The position numbers were made by a program, and so were the translations under genes. This document shows positions 1 to 9,418 of a stretch of DNA of 64,000 nt, piece by piece; the stretch's first letter is position 1, and each line of letters opens with the position of its first letter. Source of the stretch: Tubiluchus corallicola (lineage: Eukaryota > Animalia > Priapulida); NCBI GenBank assembly GCA_030141605.1, contig JAQGDQ010002405.1, positions 14,260 through 78,259 of the forward strand, given 5' to 3'. A model generated the notes under the pieces. That model made no database searches, was not told the DNA's origin, and worked only from the letters and a program-made list of their open reading frames with translations.

Positions 1-995
1 TTGATTTCACATTCGGTATTTTGTGCTACTTCAACTGTTACTGTATAATACTGCTTGTCGTCGCCATTCTCCGCTGTTACTGTGTAAGTTGTAGGGTTTG
101 TTTCTTCAAAGTTTACAGGCACTCCACTAGCAGGATTAATAGTGGCACCATCCGATATCTCTATTGTAGGAGTTAACTCGAGGGCTGTACCAAAAGGTAC
201 TGTGAGTGTGATATCTGGGCCTGTAATTACGCCCGCATCTACATCGACATATAAATTATTCTCATTATTTTTTTCCTCAAACACAAAAGTTTTGATTTCA
301 CATTCGGTATTTTCTGCTACAGTAACTGTTACTTTATAATCCTGCTCGTCGCCATTCTCCGCTGTTACTGTGTAGGTTAGATGGTTTAGTAGTCCAAAGT
401 TTACAGGCACTCCACTAGCAGGATTAATAGTGGCACCATCCGATATCTCTATTGTAGGAGTTAACTCGAGGGCTGTACCAAAAGGTACTGTGAGTGTGAT
501 ATCTGGGCCTGTAACATCTTCCGCCTTTACATCTTTAGTTAATCCTTTATCACTATTTTTATCTGCCTCAAATACATAGCTCGTAATCGAGTTTGCACTA
601 CTTCCAGGTAACTTCGTAACTGTTACTTTATACTCCCGCTCGTCGCCATTCTCCGCTGTTACTGTGTAAGTTGTAGGGTTTGTTTCTTCAAAGATTATAC
701 CCACTCCACTTTCAGGACTAATAGTGGCACCATCAGATACCACTATTGTAGGGATTAGAAAAAGGTTTGTACTAAAAGGAACTTTTAGCTCAATTTCTGT
801 GCCTGTGATTACACCCGCATCTACATCGACAGCTAATGACCCATTGACACTTTTCCTAAACGCAAACTCAGTAATCAGATTCTCATCGGAGAGAGGTGGT
901 TTTTCATCCCCTTTTTTACATCCCAATGTAATAGCCAGGAATAAAAGAAACAACAATGCTGTGACTGATTTTAAAGCTTTTAAAAAAGTTTTCAT
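1..995 (-). CDS. Surface lipoprotein with tandem Ig-like (DUF5018-like) repeats; 3' end runs off the window
   Basis: Not in the ORF track. Manual translation from ATG at 995 gives MKTFLKALKSVTALLFLLFLAITLG-CKK (lipobox). It is followed by three ~96-98 aa repeats, each ending TYTVTAENGD.xY.VTV, and stays in frame to position 1. Confidence 0.85.
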   Translation of the reverse strand, partial: MKTFLKALKSVTALLFLLFLAITLGCKKGDEKPPLSDENLITEFAFRKSVNGSLAVDVDAGVITGTEIELKVPFSTNLFLIPTIVVSDGATISPESGVGIIFEETNPTTYTVTAENGDEREYKVTVTKLPGSSANSITSYVFEADKNSDKGLTKDVKAEDVTGPDITLTVPFGTALELTPTIEISDGATINPASGVPVNFGLLNHLTYTVTAENGDEQDYKVTVTVAENTECEIKTFVFEEKNNENNLYVDVDAGVITGPDITLTVPFGTALELTPTIEISDGATINPASGVPVNFEETNPTTYTVTAENGDDKQYYTVTVEVAQNTECEI

Positions 996-1072
996 CCAAA
1001 TTCTGTTTTTAATTTTACACCAATGAACTGCACTATTTGTGTAACACTGCAAATCAAATTATTAATACACTG

Positions 1073-1080
1073 CAAAGATA
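1073..1080 (-). promoter_or_regulatory. Bacteroidota sigma-A -7 element (TATCTTTG) for the repeat lipoprotein gene
   Basis: Matches the TAnnTTTG consensus about 80 bp upstream of the ATG. Confidence 0.55.
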
Positions 1081-1145
1081 CTAAATTCTTTTATTAAAAA
1101 AGGTTAAAAATCCCTAGTAGTCCTATAGCACCCAGGATAGTTGAT

Positions 1146-1180
1146 TCTTTTCTATCAAAACAAAAGAACGTAAAGAAACC
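1146..1180. repeat. Solo copy of the REP-like hairpin motif also arrayed at 39382-39780
   Basis: TTCTTTTCTATCAAAACAAAAGAACGTAAAGAAA nearly matches the array core TTCTTTTGTATCAAAACAAAAGAACGTAAAGAAA. Confidence 0.7.
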
Positions 1181-1191
1181 CTTACACTACT

Positions 1192-3585
1192 CTAAAATAG
1201 ATTTCCTATCCTCACCCCTATAAAAACCGTGCGTGGCACCAGTGGCCCATACACATAGCCGGGATCTCTATTAATTCCCGTATCAAAATCGTTTTGGTAT
1301 GAATTTAACAGGTTCTTCACTCCACACGAAAGTTCCAGCTTTGCATCGCCGCCAAGCGATATCTCGTCATAAGCCAGCTTTAACCCCAGCTCAAAAAATG
1401 GGGATGTTCTGCGCAACTCGCTATTTTCAACCTCCTCTCCTTCAATAGTCTCTGTCCAAAAATAGGGAACAAGCATTTTTCCTGTATAATTTGCTGTAGA
1501 TGAAAAGCAAAATCCGGGAAGAAAACCCCAGTCAAAAGAGAGGTACCCATATGACTCCGGCGTTCGGTAAAACTTCGCCTCATCAAAATCCTCCTGAGGC
1601 TTGCTATATCTGCTTTGCTGCAGAGTAAAGCCGGACTGCATCTGGAACCTGTAAGAAAATGCAGCATTAAACTCAATATTTACCCCGGCCACAGTAGCAC
1701 TCTCTGCATTTATTCGCGTATTTACCGCTACGCCATTTTCATCAGACTCACCATAATCAATGGAGAATGGATCTTTAAGCCTGGTGTAAAAGCCTTCCAC
1801 AAGAATGTCTGTCTGAGTGCTACCCGCAGTAGTTGCCCAGTTAAGTGACGAGGAAAAGCTGTGAGATGTCTCCTGCTTAAGTCCGTCAGCATTCTTATAA
1901 ATAATCTTTCTCAATCCCGATGTTGCAATATGCAGATCTTCATCAAATATCTGCGGAGTCCTAAAGCCCTTAGCATAGCTAGCTCTGAACTTTATTTCAC
2001 TCGTTATATCATACATTGTACTTACCCGGGGACTTACTACAAACCCTTCACTATCATCAGACTCTCCCACTTCATCTCTTATATAATAATAATCTAAACG
2101 CCCGCCAAGACCTACTTTAAGCCGGTTAACCAACCACTCTCCCTGAGCGAAAGCACTGGCCGTATTCACTCTCTGGCTGGCAATCTTTGTCCCATCAACA
2201 AATATGCTCTCTTCATGATTAAAATACCCGAGCTTATCATCCTCCAGGATATCTCCACTATTTTCTAACCCAACTATAAGTTCCGCTGAACCAATAGGGA
2301 TCTGATTAAAATCATGAGAGTACTGCCCACCCAGTGAATAGGTCAGGCCATTCGTTTTTCCAAATGCAGACGGATCCTGCTCTGCACCGTAGTAGCTATC
2401 CCTCTCTATATGCTGCATAGACCCGAATAGTGACAACTTATTGAACTCACTGGTAAACTTCTCCCACATCACCGCACCTGTATTTATTTTGTGGACTACA
2501 GCTTCCGAAATATCTGCCTCATGAAGTGGCAAATCAAACTTATTCCCCCCTCTTCTACCCTCTCCAATATGAAAATAGTCAAAAGTTATCTTGCTTCTAT
2601 TTCGCAAACGATAGTACCCCCTGAGCCCCATAGAACTATTACTTATTGTAGATAACTCAGAAAAGCCGTCGTTATTTGCATCATATGCTCCTCTATCACG
2701 GTGAAAACCATATACACTCACTCCCGAACGATAATCTTTTGCAACTACAGATGCGTTAAAGCTCATATTGTAGTCACTTGCAGGGGTCCCATCAGTTCCA
2801 GCACCTATACCGCTGTAATTGCCCGCTATCTGATAGCTGTTCCTTACAGGATCTCTCGTAATAACGTTTATCGTACCCGCTATAGCGCTTGAACCGTAAA
2901 GAGCAGAACCTCCACCCCTTACAACCTCTATCCTGTCAATCATATTTGCAGGAATCATTTCAAGTCCGTAAATCCCTGCCAACCCACTGAAAATAGGACG
3001 ACTATTTATCAATATCTGAGAATAATGTCCCTCCAACCCATTCATCCTAACCTGTGTAAATCCACAGTTTTGACAATTATTCTCCATACGTATCCCGGGT
3101 GCAAAACTAAGCCCCTCGCTCAATGTTGCGGCATTTACTCGCTCGAGCAATTTCTGGGGAATACTATTCACCACCGTTACTGCCGTTTTCAAATTCTGCT
3201 CATTCCTGTTTGCCGACACAACTATAGTATTAAGCCCTATATTATCTCTCTCTATATCAAAGTTGAGCTCAACTGTTTTTCCTCTCTCAAGGTCAACATC
3301 TTTAACTACACTAGTGAACCCCATAGCCCTGACGCGAACTTTTTGCCGGCCTACAGGCAAGTTTACAAGCATAAAATGACCCGTCTCATCAGTAGCAATA
3401 CCTATCGTTGTACCCTCTATTATAATACTCGCAAACTCTACGTGCTCCCCTTCGCACGTTACATGCCCCATAATATTGGCATCAGTATTACTTCTTTTTG
3501 TGTTACTACCACCCTGACTTTGAGCAGCACTATAAAATGGAAATGCGACAACAAGTGCCATCGCAACAATATTTCTTAATATCAT
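1192..3585 (-). CDS. TonB-dependent outer-membrane receptor (non-SusC; metal/cofactor uptake type)
   Basis: Signal peptide, carboxypeptidase-regulatory-like N-domain, plug motifs (ENNCQNCGFTQVRMNGL; IEVVRGGGSALYGSSAIAGTINVIT), beta-barrel with C-terminal Phe. Confidence 0.92.
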   Translation of the reverse strand: MILRNIVAMALVVAFPFYSAAQSQGGSNTKRSNTDANIMGHVTCEGEHVEFASIIIEGTTIGIATDETGHFMLVNLPVGRQKVRVRAMGFTSVVKDVDLERGKTVELNFDIERDNIGLNTIVVSANRNEQNLKTAVTVVNSIPQKLLERVNAATLSEGLSFAPGIRMENNCQNCGFTQVRMNGLEGHYSQILINSRPIFSGLAGIYGLEMIPANMIDRIEVVRGGGSALYGSSAIAGTINVITRDPVRNSYQIAGNYSGIGAGTDGTPASDYNMSFNASVVAKDYRSGVSVYGFHRDRGAYDANNDGFSELSTISNSSMGLRGYYRLRNRSKITFDYFHIGEGRRGGNKFDLPLHEADISEAVVHKINTGAVMWEKFTSEFNKLSLFGSMQHIERDSYYGAEQDPSAFGKTNGLTYSLGGQYSHDFNQIPIGSAELIVGLENSGDILEDDKLGYFNHEESIFVDGTKIASQRVNTASAFAQGEWLVNRLKVGLGGRLDYYYIRDEVGESDDSEGFVVSPRVSTMYDITSEIKFRASYAKGFRTPQIFDEDLHIATSGLRKIIYKNADGLKQETSHSFSSSLNWATTAGSTQTDILVEGFYTRLKDPFSIDYGESDENGVAVNTRINAESATVAGVNIEFNAAFSYRFQMQSGFTLQQSRYSKPQEDFDEAKFYRTPESYGYLSFDWGFLPGFCFSSTANYTGKMLVPYFWTETIEGEEVENSELRRTSPFFELGLKLAYDEISLGGDAKLELSCGVKNLLNSYQNDFDTGINRDPGYVYGPLVPRTVFIGVRIGNLF

Positions 3586-3661
3586 CGTATAATATTATTA
3601 CAATTATTAAACACCAAATTGATTAAACTTTAATACTGGTATATAGCAGCCTATGCAATAC

Positions 3662-3692
3662 ATCAGATAAGTATCAGATAAGTATCAGATAA
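3662..3692. repeat. Three tandem copies of an 11-bp unit (ATCAGATAAGT)
   Basis: ATCAGATAA at 3662, 3673 and 3684, in the gap between the small ORF and the receptor. Confidence 0.9.
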
Positions 3693-3737
3693 ATCTTTAA
3701 AAATAAATATGAATTTGCAAAAAGCTCAAAATGAAAA

Positions 3738-4106
3738 CTATATATAGGGAGGAGAGCGACCTGTATGATAAAATATCTCTCCTGTTCCGGTATAACCTGC
3801 CAGGCTGACAGACTCAAACTGAACTGTAGGAAGTATTACATCAACTCCGTTGGACAAAAAATCTAAACTATCCGCCAGGCCGTTAAAAAAATGGTAAAAA
3901 GTATACTCTTCCCGGGTATGTGTGTGATCTTGCCCTCCATCTCCCTCAGAAATATCCTTTGTAAAAGGATGAGAATGAGTAATAAATACACCATTATGCA
4001 AAACATGAGTATGCCGGTTTATAATCATACCTGCTGCTGCAGCTAAGTATACAAGCAAAAGACACAACGATGGATAAAAAAACACTATACGCTTCCTCCT
4101 TCTCAT
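3738..4106 (-). CDS. Small membrane-anchored His-rich protein with C-terminal RSPP motif (putative arrest-peptide leader of the TonB receptor)
   Basis: MRRRKR, then a hydrophobic helix, then HTHVLHNGVFITHSHP...DHTHT; ends HTGRSPPYI*. Co-oriented and 152 bp upstream of the receptor. ATG 4106 preferred over TTG 4115. Confidence 0.75.
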   Translation of the reverse strand: MRRRKRIVFFYPSLCLLLVYLAAAAGMIINRHTHVLHNGVFITHSHPFTKDISEGDGGQDHTHTREEYTFYHFFNGLADSLDFLSNGVDVILPTVQFESVSLAGYTGTGEIFYHTGRSPPYI

Positions 4107-4444
4107 AGAAAACAAAGATAGAAACTAATTCTAAAAAACACTACAGACACAGCGCAACAAGGCAGATGCAACACACAGACAATTGCACATAAAATAAACC
4201 TTCCCAAAATGGAACAACTTGGATCCCAATGAAAAAGACCACTGAAAATTTTCAGCCCGCTCATGCAAAAGGCAGGTAAAAAAGACAAACTTTACAAAGG
4301 CCTCCGCCTTCAACTTCTATAGTACCACTAAACTTACAAACCTTAAACGCAGATAAATCCCTTTTTTATTATACTTTTACTACACCTTTATTTTATTTTA
4401 CATTATTACCTTCTAAAGAATATTATAAACTACTATAAATCAAC

Positions 4445-6022
4445 ATGAAAACACCTCTCCTCTCTCTTGTCGGTCAGCTCTTGACAATTTCAGCCACGAC
4501 AGTTCAAAAAACACTGAACCACAAAACCCGTCTATCTCTGTTACTTCTGCTTTTCGCGACACATACGCCAGCCCAAAAACTACCCAATATCATATATGTT
4601 CTGGCAGATGACCTCGGATATGGAGACATCGAAGCATTCAACCCCGACTCAAAAATCCCGACACCTTCCTTAAACAAATTGGCACAAGAGGGGATGATAT
4701 TTACCGATGCACACACATCATCATCAGTATGCACCCCCACCCGTTATGGTATTTTAACCGGGCGTTACAATTGGCGCTCAACCCTAAAAAAAGGCGTTTT
4801 AAGTGGAAAATCGCCTGCACTAATTCCGAATGACAGGTCAACAGTAGCCTCCATTTTGAAAAAGGCCGGTTACCATAATGCATGTATTGGAAAATGGCAC
4901 TTGGGGTGGAACTGGGCAAAAGGTGAAGACGGAAACATTGACTTTTCCAAAGAGATCACCCATACCCCCAACGACTTAGGCTTTGACTACGCTTACGCCC
5001 ACTGTGGCTCACTTGACATGAGCCCTTATGTCTATGTCGAAAATGGAAAAGCCACTGCCATACCAACAGAAAAAACAGAAAGTAAAGATAAATATGGATG
5101 GTGGCGAAATGGCTTAACAGCACCAGATTTTATTCACGAGGATGTAACTCCAAACTTCTTTCGGCGTAGCATCAAATATGTCCGGGAACATGCAGAAGGC
5201 AATAAGCCTTTCTTTCTTTACCTCCCTTTACCATCACCACATACACCTATCTTACCCACAAAAGAGTGGAAAGGTAAGAGTGGGCTAAACCCATATGGTG
5301 ACTTTGTGATGTTGATCGACAACTACATGGGACAGCTAATCGATGTCGTTAAAAAATCGGGAATAGAGGACAATACACTGATTATTTTTACATCAGACAA
5401 TGGTTGCTCACCAGAAGCAGGATACCCCGAACTATTGGAAAAAGGGCATAATCCAAGCGCCACTTATCGGGGACATAAAGCCGATATTTTTGAAGGTGGG
5501 CATAGAGTCCCTTTCATCGCAAAATGGCCTAAAGTTATTAAAGCCGGCACCTCCTCAGACCAGGTGATTTGCACCACCGACCTCGCTGCCACCTGCGCCG
5601 AAATTACCGGACACAAACTACAAAGCAATGAAGCAGAGGATAGTTACAGCATGATACCTCTATTTAAACAGACTGTTACTGGCAGAAACTACCGGGAAGC
5701 AACAGTACACCACTCCATTAACGGAAGCTTTGCCATTCGCAAAGGAGACTGGAAGCTCATTATGTGTCCCGGCTCAGGTGGATGGAGCTTCCCAAGACCT
5801 GAAAACAGCAAGGTAATCGAACAATTACCACTAGTGCAACTGTACAACTTGAAAGAAGACCCGGCTGAAAAAAGTAACATGCAGGAAAAACATCCTGAAA
5901 AGGTAACAGAACTCAGGAATCTGCTAACAAAATACATAGAAGAAGGGAGAAGCACACCGGGTGTATTGCAAAAAAATGATGGTGAAAAGATATGGAAACA
6001 GCTTTGGTGGATGAAAAACTAA
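4445..6022 (+). CDS. Arylsulfatase (S1 formylglycine-dependent sulfatase, Cys-type)
   Basis: PNIIYVLADDLGYGD, CTPTR catalytic motif, GKWHLG, FTSDNG, EGGHRVPF. Confidence 0.93.
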   Translation: MKTPLLSLVGQLLTISATTVQKTLNHKTRLSLLLLLFATHTPAQKLPNIIYVLADDLGYGDIEAFNPDSKIPTPSLNKLAQEGMIFTDAHTSSSVCTPTRYGILTGRYNWRSTLKKGVLSGKSPALIPNDRSTVASILKKAGYHNACIGKWHLGWNWAKGEDGNIDFSKEITHTPNDLGFDYAYAHCGSLDMSPYVYVENGKATAIPTEKTESKDKYGWWRNGLTAPDFIHEDVTPNFFRRSIKYVREHAEGNKPFFLYLPLPSPHTPILPTKEWKGKSGLNPYGDFVMLIDNYMGQLIDVVKKSGIEDNTLIIFTSDNGCSPEAGYPELLEKGHNPSATYRGHKADIFEGGHRVPFIAKWPKVIKAGTSSDQVICTTDLAATCAEITGHKLQSNEAEDSYSMIPLFKQTVTGRNYREATVHHSINGSFAIRKGDWKLIMCPGSGGWSFPRPENSKVIEQLPLVQLYNLKEDPAEKSNMQEKHPEKVTELRNLLTKYIEEGRSTPGVLQKNDGEKIWKQLWWMKN

Positions 6023-6159
6023 AAAAATGAACCCTTTACAAGAGAGACAAAAAAAACCGGTTCCGATTGAGGAAAAACTCAATGATAAAAACACTCCCTA
6101 TCGGCACAAATAGGGATCTTAACAAAAAGATTAATAAAAAAGATGAGCCTTACAGCCCC

Positions 6160-6621
6160 TTATCTGAGCCTGTCCAAAGAGCGTATCAGCGCCTCGTCCT
6201 TACCTATAGACCGTATTGCCAGATAGGTGAAAATAACCGCAATAAGAGGCAAAATAACTCCTATTTGAAAACGGTAAGAACCACTTAGCAAATTTGCTCC
6301 ATGACGGGAAAAATAGTAAATAACACCAGACAGACCCAAATCCAAAAGAAGGCTAAGCACACACATGCGTATCTGCAAAATCCTCCTCTTGTACAAAAAA
6401 ACGGCAAAAAACATTATCAATGTGCATATTGCAGCCATCACCACGACAGGCCACCCGTCAAAAATAATGTTATGCTCATCACTATCTTCCCAAATACCTT
6501 TTATATCAAATTGATACAAATTACCGTCACTACCGGTAATTGTAGCAAACAAAACAAAAAACATTGCGCCAATCAACAAAAGTGATATCAATAAATATAA
6601 TGTCTGAACTCTCTGCAACAT
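6160..6621 (-). CDS. DUF4293-family membrane protein
   Basis: Starts MLQRVQTLYL, has four hydrophobic segments, ends AIRSIGKDEALIRSLDRLR, typical of this Bacteroidota family. Confidence 0.8.
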   Translation of the reverse strand: MLQRVQTLYLLISLLLIGAMFFVLFATITGSDGNLYQFDIKGIWEDSDEHNIIFDGWPVVVMAAICTLIMFFAVFLYKRRILQIRMCVLSLLLDLGLSGVIYYFSRHGANLLSGSYRFQIGVILPLIAVIFTYLAIRSIGKDEALIRSLDRLR

Positions 6622-6698
6622 TCTGCACAAAAACTTTACATAGCAATACAAAATGCTACTATCATAAACTCAACTAATAAAGCTACTCCTGGGTACAC

Positions 6699-7508
6699 TT
6701 AGTTGCCAAGTATCAGAGGCAAGCCATCTTTACCTGAACCAATCACAACAACCTTGCTATTACCGGACAAAGCCAGCTCCAAAGTCGCTTCCAGACCTCG
6801 CTGCTTCAACACTCTCTCTGTAAGCGACGCATTAATTATATTATTGTATTTTGCTATACCCTCAGCCTCAATACGCTTTCTCTCTGCCTCACTTTTCTCC
6901 TTGTCAAGCCTAAACTGGTATGCCAAAGCTTCCTGCTCCTGTTTCAGCTTGCTCTCAATAGCCTGCTTAATCTCATTAGGAAGGTTGATAGAGCGAATAA
7001 GCATAGCTCTCATATCTATATTGTTATTTTCCAGTACACTCTTGGTTTCTAACTCTATAGCCAACTCCACTTCTGCCCTTTTAGTAGAATAAATCTCCTC
7101 CGCCGTATAGCGGCCCGCAACCCGCCTTACTGTAGATCGCACTTCAGGTATTATAAGACGATTGATATACCCCTTCCCAAAAACCTCATGCAAATATCCT
7201 ATCCTATTGTATGTAGGATTGAAGCGCACAGAAACATTCACACTTATAGAAAGCCCGCTCTTGTCAAGTACATCAAGTGTCTCTTCCGCTTTTTGCTCTT
7301 TAACATCATACATGTAAAGGGTGTTCCACGGTGCTATAATATGAAACCCCGGTGTATATACACTCTCCTTATCCAGCCCGGTAGAAAACTTGCGAAAAAT
7401 AACAGCCCTCTCTCCGGGGTGAATAGTGAAAAACATACTACTTCCGAAAAATATTATGATAAATAATACTGCCACCGCAGCAATAACATAAGTCTTTTTT
7501 AAATTCAT
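6699..7508 (-). CDS. SPFH/prohibitin-family (band 7) membrane protein
   Basis: N-terminal TM helix, PGERAVIF, GFHIIAPW, coiled-coil AERKRIEAEG, C-terminal GKDGLPLIL. Confidence 0.9.
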   Translation of the reverse strand: MNLKKTYVIAAVAVLFIIIFFGSSMFFTIHPGERAVIFRKFSTGLDKESVYTPGFHIIAPWNTLYMYDVKEQKAEETLDVLDKSGLSISVNVSVRFNPTYNRIGYLHEVFGKGYINRLIIPEVRSTVRRVAGRYTAEEIYSTKRAEVELAIELETKSVLENNNIDMRAMLIRSINLPNEIKQAIESKLKQEQEALAYQFRLDKEKSEAERKRIEAEGIAKYNNIINASLTERVLKQRGLEATLELALSGNSKVVVIGSGKDGLPLILGN

Positions 7509-7862
7509 CTTTCCTTATTTTAAATTGTTAACAACACACGAAGGTGCTAATTTTTTTCAACCTATCCATAAAAAAACTGTTAAACATCTGTTAAAATATA
7601 AACCATAAAAACCTGAGTATTTACAAAGATACCATACTGCTTAACCTGCCTATCTGCTATTTTTTCATCATAAAATATCTTCAAAACCCCTAATTGCATC
7701 AACAAGTTACTGCCACTCACAAAGTTTTTCCTCCTCATAAGCAAAAATCTCCAGCTCCAAAAAACCTATAAAACACATGCCAGGACAACAAAGACTTGCA
7801 ACACAATGAAATTTAAATAATTTTATATACTCAAGTAAAACTATAAGAGGGAAAAACGGTAT

Positions 7863-8753
7863 ATGCACAAAATAAAACCTTCAGAACTCATCATAAACAG
7901 GGATGGAACAATCTTTCATCTCCATATGAAACCCAGAGACCTTGCAGAAAACGTTATATTGGTTGGAGATCCTGCTCGTGTAAAAGTAATATCGAACCAC
8001 TTTGACACTATAAGCTATAGTGGCGGGAACAGGGAGTTCCTCAGCACAACAGGAACCTATAAAAACACAAAAATAACAGCACTATCTACAGGTATAGGCA
8101 CAGACAATATTGATATTGTCATGAATGAGTTGGATGCCCTTGTAAATATTGATTTGAAAAAGAGGGTCCCCAAAAAGAGACACACAGCACTAAACGTTGT
8201 AAGAATAGGGACATCCGGCTCACTGCAAGAGGATACAGAACTCAACTCATACATTGCGTCACAAAAAGCAATCGGCTTTGACGGATTACTCAACTATTAT
8301 TCCGAAAGGATTAACATATCAGACTTAAAGCTTGAAAAGGCTTTCAAAAACCATACCGCGTGGAATAAAATGCTCTCATCTCCTTATGTGGTCGATGCCG
8401 ACAGGCACCTCTTCAACAAAATTTGCAAAAAAGATATAGCTCCAGTAATTACTGTCTCTGCTCCGGGGTTTTATGGCCCACAAGGACGCGAACTGCGCCT
8501 GAAAGTTGTAGACAAAAACCTAAACAACAAACTAAAAACATTTAGATATGAAGGGCTTAAAATAACCAACCTAGAAATGGAGTGCTCTGGCATATACGGC
8601 CTAAGCCGCTTACTAGGACACCGTGCCCTCACCGTGTGCACAATAATAGCCAACAGAGCTTCGGGCGAAGCAAACGAAAACTACCACCCTATTGTGGAAA
8701 AACTAGTAGAAACAGTACTTAACAGGCTTGTAGAACAAAACAACAGCTTATAA
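7863..8753 (+). CDS. Nucleoside (uridine) phosphorylase, PNP/UDP family
   Basis: LVGDPARV, STGIGTDNIDI, RIGTSG, GFYGPQGR, NLEME motifs. Confidence 0.88.
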   Translation: MHKIKPSELIINRDGTIFHLHMKPRDLAENVILVGDPARVKVISNHFDTISYSGGNREFLSTTGTYKNTKITALSTGIGTDNIDIVMNELDALVNIDLKKRVPKKRHTALNVVRIGTSGSLQEDTELNSYIASQKAIGFDGLLNYYSERINISDLKLEKAFKNHTAWNKMLSSPYVVDADRHLFNKICKKDIAPVITVSAPGFYGPQGRELRLKVVDKNLNNKLKTFRYEGLKITNLEMECSGIYGLSRLLGHRALTVCTIIANRASGEANENYHPIVEKLVETVLNRLVEQNNSL

Positions 8754-9305
8754 ATAAAACCTGTATCCCGCATGTACCAGTAATCCGTTTGAATAAAACG
8801 GGTCATATATCACTTCAGTCGCTCTTGCTCCTTTAACACCACCTATATCGATAAAACAGCCGGATCGCTTACTTATAAAAAATTCGAAACCGAGCAGTCC
8901 GTAAAATCCGGCATTATAATTGTCTGGCGAAAGCGCACATGGCGGAAACAGAAAAATAGCTCCAGCCTCTCCATAAAAGCGAGCAAAATCTGATACCTTC
9001 CTGCCTGCAAGAAGACCCATAGACACATTTGAATACGACCCCTGGGTCGCTATATAAGTATCTCCAGTGTCTCCCGTATATCTGAGGTACTCATTCCACA
9101 TAAAATTCCCTCTCGCTCTGACAGCCACTAAATCTTTAAAATATGGGCTTGTTATATGCATCCCAAACCCAAAATCCTTTTGATACTGCCCCAACTGAGC
9201 ACCCACCGATAATCTACCGGTAAAATTCTTTTCCTGTGATTCTTGTGATATGGCTCCAACAGCAAAACACGATAGAATCAAAAATGTCAATAACGCCCTT
9301 CTCAT
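8748..9305 (-). CDS. Small exported protein, probable outer-membrane beta-barrel
   Basis: Signal peptide, alternating aromatic/Gly strands, C-terminal GYRFYL. Confidence 0.65.
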   Translation of the reverse strand: MRRALLTFLILSCFAVGAISQESQEKNFTGRLSVGAQLGQYQKDFGFGMHITSPYFKDLVAVRARGNFMWNEYLRYTGDTGDTYIATQGSYSNVSMGLLAGRKVSDFARFYGEAGAIFLFPPCALSPDNYNAGFYGLLGFEFFISKRSGCFIDIGGVKGARATEVIYDPFYSNGLLVHAGYRFYL

Positions 9306-9418
9306 TTCTTTAACTTTTTATATCACTATGTGGCAAGAATAATACTTGATATCGCAACTCTTACAAGTGCAAAATATAATTAGAATTTAAAAAATACTTC
9401 AACAAAAAATAGCTATAC

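Noticed and set aside
1-995. Diversity-generating retroelement template/variable repeats
   Set aside because: No reverse transcriptase in the window; repeats are in-frame domains and differ in blocks, not specifically at adenines.
142-1026. Plus-strand ORFs 142-339 and 724-1026, and the many other short antisense ORFs (e.g. 58066-58383)
   Set aside because: They are shadows of real genes on the opposite strand, with no independent motifs.
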